Positions 52,214 to 61,997 of a stretch of 64,000 nucleotides of DNA are shown piece by piece. The DNA is from Utricularia gibba (taxonomy: Eukaryota; Plantae; Magnoliophyta), in assembly GCA_002189035.1 (NCBI GenBank), contig NEEC01000010.1, positions 1,984,001-2,048,000 on the forward strand. The letters are read 5' to 3'. Each line of letters begins with the position of its first letter. Position 1 is the first letter of the stretch. The position numbers and the translations under genes were made by a program. The notes under the pieces were generated by a model. It had not been told where the DNA came from, made no database searches, and worked only from the letters and a program-made list of their open reading frames with translations.

Positions 52214-55032
52214 ATGTCTGACGCAGTGTTGTCGGGGCTCCTGAGTCAGTTAGCCACGATCTTGCAGCAGCAGATCGAGGGAGAGGTGAGATTAGTATCC
52301 GGGGCTGAAAGGGAATTGAAAAAACTGGAGAAAGAGCTGAAATCAATCAAGGCTGTGATTGCTGATGCTGAGAAGAAGCAGATTAAGCAAGAGCAAATCA
52401 AAATTTGGCTTGAAAGCCTTAAAGATGTTGCCTTTGACGCCGAGGATGTTTTGTGCGAGTGGATAACGGCTACGAGGAAAGCAGAAATGTATCACGAGAA
52501 TCACAAGGTATTGGCTTCTCTAATGTTTTTATCTGTTGGTTTTGACAGAATTGTCCTGCGTCGTGGTGTTGCCCTAAAGATAAAGGAAATCAATGAAAGA
52601 CTGGTTGAAATTTCGGAGCAGAAAGATCGATATGGGCTGAACGCTTTTGCTGAAACCACATCATTTGAGAGGCCAAAAGCAGTATCGTATGTGGATGAGT
52701 CGCAGGTGATAGGTAGAGCTTCAGACAGTTCTAGAATTGTAAGCATGTTGTTGTCTGATGGTAATCAAGAACAGGTACTAAATGTGTTCTCTATCATCGG
52801 CATGGGGGCATTGGCAAAACAACCATAGCACAAATGGTGTACAAGGCCGAAGATGTTATGGATCATTTCGACAAGAGAGTATGGGTGTGTGTGTCTGATC
52901 CTTTTGATGAAGCCCGAATAGCAAAAGCCATTGTAGAAGACCTTGATGATGATGTTCCTTGCTCAGATGAGCTTGAAACCGCGACAAGAAAAATCAGGTC
53001 TCGTCTGGGAGGGAAAAGGCTCTTGTTTGTCCTCGATGATGTTTGGACCGAGGACTTCCTGAGATGGGAGCAGCTTTTCCACTCTTTCGCTGTTTGTGCA
53101 GCTGGGAGTGTTGTTCTAGTGACTACACAAAAGGAAACTGTGGCAAGAGCAATGGGAAGCAGAGACGAGATCCACTTGAACCTATTATCAGATGCTGAAT
53201 CTTGGTCCTTGTTCCAAAAGTTCGCATTTGCAGGGAGGTCTAAACAAGAATGCCTTGTCCTAGAGAGTGTGGGAAGGAAGATAGCAGAAAAATGCAAGGG
53301 ATTGCCCTTCTCTCTCAAAACTATAGGAAATCTGGTGAGGTTCAAGAAGACCCAGAATGACTGGCTTGATATTTTGAATAGTGAATTTTGGGAGCTTCCT
53401 GAAGGTGTAAGACTATTCCCCCCTCTAACGTTGAGCTTCTATGAGCTGCCTTCTCCTATGAGACAATGCTTCTCATTCTGTGCATTCTTTCCCAAAGATC
53501 ATGTAATCGAAGCTGATAACCTCATCAAGCTTTGGATGGCACAGGGCTATCTGATCCCTTCTGGGAATGTGGAGATGGAGACATTAGGCCAGGAAATTTT
53601 GGAAAATCTGGCTATGAGCTCTTTCTTTCAGGACATCAAGAAGGACAAAGATAATGAAAGAATTCTAAGCTTCAAGATGCATGATATGGTGCATGATTTT
53701 GCATTGTATCTAAACAGGAATGACTTCTCTTCTGTCAAGATAACAAATGGTTCAGCACAAAAGTTAGAGCCTTCCCATGAAGGGGCTCGTCATTTGATCT
53801 TGATACGAGAAAAAGACACCCGTTTCCCGGACATTCATCATAATGCAAAGAAGCTGGCTTCGCTTTGGGTTCAAGCTTTTTATGATTCACCTCGTATAAT
53901 AAAAGGTCAGCCAGAGAGCATTGATTCAGCCTGGTTTCTAGGCTTGAACCGCCTCAAGGCACTAGACTTGAGCAGAAACATGATAGGCGAGCTTCCAAAA
54001 GAAATCGGAAACCTGATGATGTTGAGGTATCTGAACTTATCACACAATCCATTTGTCGAGTTGCCTCAGACATTGTCTGAGTTATTCAATTTGCAGACAT
54101 TGAAGCTTAATTACTGTTGTCATCTGGTAAGTTTGCCACTGAAAATAAGAAAGTTGATCAACCTCAGGCATCTTGAGATCAACAACACTGAAAAGCTCAA
54201 GTCATTGCCCAAAGGTATTGGGCATTTGGTTTGTCTTCAGACTCTGAGCAAGTTCACCATTGTCCATGGGAACAGCAGCGTTCACGCACCTGTGAGTGAT
54301 ATGGAAGATTTGAAGAACCTCAACAACCTCAGAGGTTTTCTGAAGCTCGAAGGACTTGGATACATATCAGGTGCCACTGAAGCCATGGAAGCTGAGTTGA
54401 AAAAGAAGATTCATCTATCTGAGCTACAAATGGAGTTCAATGATTGCACAGGTAATGGTAGAGAGGATGAGGTGATCAAAGCTCTAGAGGTTCATGAGAA
54501 CTTACAGTCACTGCAAGTAAACTTATATGGGGGGACTCAGTTTCCTTTCTGGTTCACTAAACTGAAGAACTTGAGAAAGTTATGTCTGCAGGACTGCAAA
54601 AACTGCTCAGATTTGCCTCCTCTGGGAAGCTTGCCAGCCCTTACTATTCTCCGACTGGAAAGACTCAATGCATTAAAGTGTCTTGGAATGGAAGGATCAG
54701 CTTCAATGCCGTCGGATGAACAAGCATTGTTTCCAAAACTCGAAAAGCTCAAGATTTTGAAATTGGAGAACTGGGAAGAATGGCATGTCAATGATACATC
54801 CACAGGTGGATCAAAGCTCCATGATGGAAGCTTGTTGATGTTTCCTTGTCTCAGGTATCTGAAAATTTCACACTGCATCAAGCTGAAGGCGCTGCCACCA
54901 CCTCTTCTCCAGGGAAGTCCAATGGTGAAACTGCGGATCCGAGGTTGCCCATTTTTAAAGAAACAGTACAACAAAGAAACTGGAGAGCACTGGAGCCAAG
55001 TCTCACACATACCCAAAATCAGAATTTCATAG
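52214..55032 (+). CDS. CC-NB-ARC-LRR disease resistance protein (RGA3-like), about 939 aa once a -1 frameshift in the P-loop is corrected
   Basis: Rx-type CC (AFDAEDVLCEW); P-loop GMG/GIGKTTIAQ split at the G5 run 52804-52808; kinase-2 LFVLDDVW; GLPFS; CFSFCAFFP; MHDMVHD; LRRs (LRYLNLSHN, LQTLKLNYC, LRHLEINN). Confidence 0.9.
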
Positions 55033-55174
55033 GGGCGCTTGCGGTGCTTATTAATCGATGTTTGTTTTTACAAAATTTGGCATAACTGTCAACAATGGAT
55101 AGCCAAAGTTTTTTCCATAGAGATTTTTGAATGAATCCAAATGGCCCATGCTAGTCTGGTGGAAGTTTAAACAA

Positions 55175-55979
55175 GCAGAGTTTTCAATCAAGCTACTCTC
55201 GGTTCCCTGCAGGAAGATTATCATGTTCATGAAGACCGAGATTATCCAGTGAAAGGCAAGTATTGATCATTTAAACTTTAAAACCATGACTCCACTGAAA
55301 GCAGCATGTTGTTGGGACTCTTCAGTGCAGGATTCTCCTCAGAATGGAAGATTGAACCTGAAGATCTTCCTTATCCCAATCCTCTTCCCGGATTACAGCT
55401 CCCATTTTCAGGGCCAGGGCCACTTTTCTTGAAGACCTTGCACAATGCGTAGTATTCTCCAGTATCCATTACTTGTTGCTCGATTTGGCCTTTCTCCATT
55501 GGCGAACTTCCTATTTCGAGGACAGAATAAGAACTACTGCCGGTCTCTGGTTCTAAGCTTTTGACATCGCTGCAAGGCAGTAGCATGGTAATCAAAAGAA
55601 AGGAATCACAAGCTACACACCAAAGCAAAGGGCGCGGGCGCCGACGCTTACAAAAGATTTGATGTCAAGTAACAACATCCTATATTAGAATCAAATCCCA
55701 CACAACAAAAGACAGCAATCAACGAATGCAGCCAGACGTCTAACACAAGACAGAAAGATCTTACGAACAAAGGAAATGTGGATAAAATAGACAAGCAGCC
55801 GTTTACAGAAGAGCGAATGGCAAGGCACCCCACAAAGCAAATTTCCAGGATCACATTTCTACGCATCAAACTTACCGATCACATCAGGATGGTGGCGCTT
55901 ATAGCAGATCCTACTCTTCAGATAGTACACGACAAGTTCTTCATCCGTGGGGTGGAATAAACCGGAGACCCATTCCCAT
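55175..55979 (-). pseudogene. Decayed, truncated duplicate of the NAC017-like gene
   Basis: [14 protein letters not shown] with an in-frame TAG at 55859-55861; +1 indel in exon 2; about 167-nt internal deletion (equivalent to 46666-46832); similarity continues to cagggaaccgag and then stops, with no TM exon. Confidence 0.9.
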
Positions 55980-56318
55980 CCCAGCAACATAACAGGCGCA
56001 TTGAGAGTCTTCCGCTTCGGGTGGATCCGGCGATCGCGAAGACGACGAAGGGAAGAGAGTGCAGAAATTTGCAATGAGCCACTCACGAGCTGCCACATCA
56101 TATATATTGTTTTATTATTTTTTTTCCCAAACTGGTCTGAGAGGACAGCGGTGCGGGTCTGATCCATGAGCCAAATGCGGAGGTTGCGGGCGAGTTCCTT
56201 CGAAAAGCATCTAGAAGCCCCTCGAAGTTCTTGAAGAGCACCGATTCCATAAGCTTTAAAATCCCATTCCCGTCTGAAATTTGCAATCTTTCTGCTGCTC
56301 TGATCGCCAACTGCGAAC

Positions 56319-57689
56319 ATGAGGTACTACACTACTGCTCTTAACCGCCGCTTTTGTGAACCTCTTGGAGTTTCTGTACCTAACGATTGGGTTCATGGTT
56401 TAGTTCCCGGAAGCGTGATCACTCGTTTCCTGTTTTCTTCTTCTTCTTTGAGGTAGTTTGTGTGTGTTTTTTTTTTCTGTTTTGTTGTCCAAATTTTTTC
56501 CAACTGAAGAAACAAGGCTAGTTAGTAAGCTTCTCCGATGAATCAGGACTTTCGAGTTGATGAACTATTTTGATTAGGGCTTATGCTTCGGCGTGATAGC
56601 TGCTGGCTTCTACTGACAGGGAATATTTGTTTCACTTGCCGCCTCCGGCCTTAGGATTTGTTTTCTCCTGTCCAGTGTGCTTCAGATTCTAAAATTCGTA
56701 GTAGGAGAGTCCGGTGTATTTGCCTAAAATAATTGAGTCCTGTTTGCGCCGGTTGATCGGTGCGTTACGATTTTTCAAGACTTTTAACTTCAATTCTTCT
56801 GTGTGAAGCCGACACCCGCTTGTAAAATGGGCACAGAGGTCCGACAAAGTGTTCATCACTGTGGAGTTACCTGATGCAAAAAATGTGAAGCTCAATCTTG
56901 ATCCCGAGGGAAAGTTCCAGTTTTCAGCTAATGCTCCTGATGGGACACCGTATGAGATCGGCATGAACCTTTACGACAAAATCGATATCAATGTAAGTGC
57001 CTCCGATTTTCCTCTTTATTCAGGAAAGTAAGAGACGTCTTAGATAAATGTTCCATGCATTTTGCTGTGGTGTATGCATGTGGGTGGTAGTTCGTTCAAG
57101 CAAATCCCTTCGATGGGTTTATCCTTTTTTTTACGCTCTTGAACCTGCGTGATTTTTTAACTTTTGTATTGGTAATCTGAACTCAGGAGAGCAAATCGAA
57201 CTCTACTTCTCGACATATTTGCTACCTTGTGAAGAAAGCAGAGAGTAAATGGTGGAGTAGGCTAGTAAAGGAGGGGGGGAAACCACCCGTATTCCTGAAA
57301 GTCGACTGGGAAAAGTGGGTGGATGAAGATGAACAAGATGAAAAAGGTTAGTATTTCAGATCGCAGTTCCTCTCTTCCTTGAGACTCCCATCTGATGCAG
57401 AACTCTTGTGTCTCTCAGCCGGCTCCGATTTTGGGGACTTCGATTTCTCTGTAAGTAATTGCTACACACACATATTCCTGTTTGTGGGCATTGCGCTGAT
57501 ACCGTCACATTTGACCTTTGTGTTCAGAATCTTAACATGGGTGGCGAAGCAGAAGATGAAAGCGGTGACAATGAGGAAGAAGAGGAAGGCCCAACAGCCA
57601 CCAGTGGCTCAACAAGTGAAATTGCTGAAACCATGGCACGAGGGAAAATGCATCAGCAGTATTTCCTCTCTTCTCGAGGCGTGTTTTGA
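56319..57689 (+). CDS. P23: HSP90 co-chaperone p23 (CS domain), 5 exons; the first coding exon is only ATGAG
   Basis: MS|[24 protein letters not shown]; [29 protein letters not shown]; DFGDFDFS; acidic tail. Confidence 0.9.
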
Positions 57690-57942
57690 ATGTTGATAGA
57701 CTCCTATATCCCTTTCTTCATCTCCTGTATGCATAGTTCTGATCATGCTTTATCTTTTCAACTGTCATATGCTGCATTGCTGCTACAGTTGAGATACAGA
57801 GTGAGGAGGAGGGAGAGGGGGGTTAATTTTCATTATGAAATATCATTTGCCTACAGATTAATTTCTATTTTTTTCCCCAAAAAGTGCCTAGAAATTACAA
57901 TTGGGGTTTGGGCACAGTGAATAGTCAAATTAGATTTTAGGG

Positions 57943-59196
57943 ATGGCGACGGCGGACGGGGAGCAGGTAAGAGAAATTGAAGAAGATGCGCCACTGCTAT
58001 CGAAGGGGGTGGAGTTGAATCTGCTGCGATTCAGCGACCGCCGCGGACAGTCACGACGAAGGTTCCGGAGGCGGAGGTGCATCTTTACAGGCAGGGGAAG
58101 GGTCCGATCGATGTCGTGAAAGTGGCACTGGGCGGTTGGGAACAGGATCAGTTGGATGTCGGGGAGATTCTGAATAAATACGGCTTCAAGTCGGTCTACG
58201 CATTCGTTCCAGGTTCTGGTCGCGGCGTGCCGATTCGGTTCATGAGGAATGGCCGGTCCTTGCTTACGTACAGAGATGGCTCAGTTATATACCTCGATGG
58301 TGAACCCAAGGTGAGCAGACAAGAAGCCGATGCTTCTATTTATTTATTTTTCTCCCAAACGTGTGTTGATTTTCCTGTTTTTTTTTTGGGATGTCGTGTT
58401 TGATCATGGAAACTTGCGTTTAGTAGGATTCTTAGATGAAATTCCGGGATTGAATTGATTTTTTGTTTAGAATGAAGAAAGTTTATGCAGTGATGGTGCC
58501 TTCAGTGTGGGTACTGGAAAGCATTTCAACTGTAAATTGTAGCCTTTTGATGCTTCTGCAAATTTTAGGCTATTTTTCTGTTTTTCATCCTCGCGGTCAA
58601 AAATTGGCGCCTTCCCGACTCCTCTCGTGGTATGTGTTTCCCGGGTTTGGACTGTTGGATTGCGCATTTTTTTGAGTTTCTTTCGGGGATTGTTGAAGTT
58701 TTATAGGAGATCATGGAGAAGCAGGGAGCTTTGTAAAGCCATTGAAGTTTTTCTGGAATGCAAACAGTTGCTGACTATTGTGTGCCTTTATTATGCTGGA
58801 AAATCCTGTGAAATCTTCCCTTGGTTGACTGAGTATTGTGATCTTGATCTGCACTTATCCTAAACAGTTGCAGCTCTTTGATCCACTTGTGGGTTTATTA
58901 TGTTTTCTCCCTCTACGCTTTTTTCTTGGTGAAGTTTACGGTTGTTGTTAATGCAGGACTCACTGGTTCAACCGATCACCAAGATTATAGTAGGGGTTGC
59001 CGTTGTAACTCTGATGATTATGTTTGTCGTTAGAGAGACTCCAGAATGGGCAAAGAAGCTTAACTTTTCCGGCAGTGGCATCCCTCCATGGATTCTGGCC
59101 TGTGCAGTTATTGTTTTCACACGACTGAGGAAAAGAACCCGTAAGTTCTTGGAAGCAAAACTCAGTGACAAGTTGTTTTTCCCTTTCGTTTTGTGA
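57943..59196 (+). CDS. Conserved plant membrane protein of unknown function; 5' end needs either +1 G at 58005-58009 or a 68-nt intron
   Basis: EVHLYRQGKGPIDV..LGGWEQDQL; GRGVPIRF; YLDGEPK|DSLVQPITK; TM helix; PPWILACAVIVFTRLRKRTR. Confidence 0.75.
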
Positions 59197-59377
59197 GCAA
59201 AAATTACATAAACAGTGAAGTCCAAAATCCGGAGGATGTTTCTCCCAGACGGTGTAAAAGATGCTGCTGTTAAGCAGCAACTGATGGTTTTGTTGACTGT
59301 AATAAAATGGATGAGATGTATTGCACTATTTTCAAATCTACAAGTCACAGCATCTTCCCCGTTGCCCAAGTCTCCAT

Positions 59378-61572
59378 TCAAGTGCACTCAAACAGCTCTT
59401 GGTCGGAATCTGACCTGATTTGTTCAAGGAATTTGAGGGCTTCTTCCATTGAAGGCCTGTTATTAGGTTCATAATTCAAACATATTCTAGCAAGCGCTGC
59501 AGTAGCATGGGCAGCCTTGGGAGTATACCTCCCGTTCAGTGAAGTATCCATGATATTCGCCAACTGTGCTTTTTTATGCAAGCGAGGTCGCAACCAATAG
59601 ACGAGGTTGGTCCTCCCATGTGGACGACTCGGATCGTTGACACGTGATCCCGTAAGCATTTCTAGCATCACGACTCCAAAACCATACACATCACACTTGG
59701 CAGTCAAGTGACCTGTGTATGGAAGAAAACCAGTTAGTATTAGAAAGAAATGTATTACAATTCCAAAAGAGATTAATCAGTTTGGTAATAGGAAAACTGT
59801 CTTTCATCAAACGCTCCAGGAAGGATCCCGGTTTCATTTCTCAATCCACAGTGAGGATTCTTACCTGTTTCCATGTACTCAGGAGCAGCATAACCTTTCG
59901 TGCCTATTATCTGGGTGGTTACGTGGCTGAGGTTTTCTGCAGGGCCAGATTTTGCCAGACCAAAATCACCGATCTTTGGACTATACATCTGAGAGGCGAG
60001 TATCAAAAATGAAATGCAAGAAAAACGCTACGCATGATTGCATCCAAAGTTGGCGAGGCGACTTAGCATGAAAGGCTGTGTGTGTGGTCTCATCATGATG
60101 AAAAGAAACTAAAACGCTAGAGGAACTAGCCATGAACTAAACTACAGCATGCATGCAGCATGTGGGGCTTACGTCATGAAGCAATATGTTTGATGTCTTT
60201 ACGTCTCTCCATATAATGTTCAATGAGTGCAACAATGCAAGTCCTCGAGCAACTCCAGTTAGTATTAAAAGCCTCGTATCCCATCCAAGCACTGGACGAT
60301 CCTCTGTTAATAAAAACTGTACATTATAAGGCACTCGTGCTTCATGAATCTGGGTGGTTGGAAGGGAAACATGATCGCTCACTGTTAAAAAGGTGAACAT
60401 CCAGGCTGCCCAATTCCATGAATTCATATACAAGTAGTAGTTCCTTGTCTTCGCAGCAGTAGCCCAGTAGCTTGACCAGGTTAGGATGAGAAATCTTTGT
60501 AAGATGTATGATCTCCGACTGCAAGGACACTATAATAAGCTTTTAAAATGAAGAAACAATATCTATGTACTCCAAAAGCACGGGACAACTTTGCGCTAGA
60601 AAAGCACCCAAGAACAAAAGGCTGGGAAAGTTTTTTCTCGTTATTCAGACAGACAGAAAATTGTAATTGGAATAACACTTCAAAAATAATTGCTCGAATG
60701 ACACTCAGGATACATGGAAAGCAAGCACATGATGATAACTGAGGCAATGAGGAACCAATTAATCATGTTTTGTTACAGTTGAAGTGAGTGCGAGAGATTC
60801 ATGAACTAGGTGAATAAGGACAAAGCTACTGTTATAGACAAGTAAAATGAACAGAAAAACTGCAACCACTTGAGATTTCAAAGTTACCTTCCACTCTGCA
60901 ATCCCTTGCATGCTATCAGAACTCAACCTTTTAACAGCAACTGGGTAGCGTCTTTGAATTCTACCATCAGAATTCTTGAACCAACCTTTATAAACTGTCC
61001 CAAAGCCCCCACTCCCTAGGGCTGTACTGAAGTTTTCTGTAGCGGCCCGCAGTTCTGAAAAGGAGAAGACTCCATCTCCGGGAGCTGTAAAATATGCATT
61101 TTTTCAGTCCAAAGCTGACGAAGAATAGTGTTAATGAAGCTTGGAAGCACGAGTGTTCTTCCAGATCTAAAAATTGCTAGTTTTTTTTATTTTTGACCAG
61201 TGAAAAGATTTATCTAGCATACATGAGAATGCGAAGCTACGGAGTTAAAGATCGCGGACCAGTTTCCCAAATAGCTGTTAAACAGGATCGCAGAAATAGG
61301 ACTACAAAATAGAACCTTCCAGCACAATGCATCCATTTACTTGATGCAGCAGAACTCTCTTGGGGAGGGGAAGTTGGAATAAGAAAAATGTTTCTCGAAT
61401 ATGCTATGCATGATTCAGTACCTGATACTGGAATTGTGGAATCTTCCATTGATGACTCTTTGGTCTTCCAAACTGCATGAAAAGGGAGAAAACGTGCTAG
61501 CTTACCCATCGCAGTTTTTCTTCCATGCTTTTTACTGCCTGACAACATTTGGTTCTTCGATTGTGCCGTCAT
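59378..61572 (-). CDS. RLCK-VII (PBL/PIX13-like) Ser/Thr kinase; either a separate gene or the second kinase module of the upstream CrRLK1L gene; 6 exons
   Basis: [13 protein letters not shown]; [13 protein letters not shown]; VAVKRL; [11 protein letters not shown]; [13 protein letters not shown]; IGDFGLAK; [14 protein letters not shown]|[14 protein letters not shown]. All GT-AG junctions are phase-compatible (exon ends 60888, 60383, 60173, 59865); stop at 59378. Confidence 0.85.
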
Positions 61573-61997
61573 ATCTGTGGAGCCAGAATGTATGGTTGTA
61601 AGTGGGAGAAAACCTGTTTTGATAACTGGGACAAACTAAGATACCCTAGTTATTTAAAGCTCACCCACTGCAGTTTTTCTTCCATGCTTTTTACTGTCTG
61701 GCAACATTTGGTTCTTCGACGGTGCCAGTGGGGCTGTTTCATTAGCTGGTCCAAAGTTTAATACCCTAGTTCTCTCGACTCGCTCAGAAAATGAAACTGC
61801 TATGGGAACTGGGATAAACTCAGGTACCTTAGTTTCCTCAAGTTCACCCATTGCAGCTTCTATTCCATGCTTTTTACTGCCTGACAACATTTGGTTATTC
61901 GACTGTGTCATCGGGCTGAGAAGCCAGAGGGTGCGGTAGTAAACGGGAGAAAATCTGTTTTCCTAAGCGGGATAAACTCAGATACCCTAGTTATCTC
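61490..61997 (-). repeat. Three degenerate tandem units (about 158, 183 and 159 nt) between the two kinase domains
   Basis: Anchor ccatgctttttactg at 61865, 61682 and 61523; anchor ataccctagt or its variant at 61982, 61824, 61761 and 61641; each unit encodes S(K/N)NQML(S/P)xSKKHG. Confidence 0.9.

Noticed and set aside
55859-56320. 153-aa minus-strand ORF running into the NAC pseudogene
   Set aside because: Only the last ~35 codons are NAC-derived. The rest is antisense to the p23 5'UTR/promoter and has no recognisable domain.
58714-58726. TGGAGAAGCAGGG, identical to the first 13 nt of miR164
   Set aside because: The remaining bases diverge and no complementary star arm is visible nearby.
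60195-60215. WRD instead of HRD in kinase 2 as a sign of a pseudokinase
   Set aside because: RLCK-VII kinases normally have YRD here; the catalytic Asp, the VAVK Lys and DFG are all intact.
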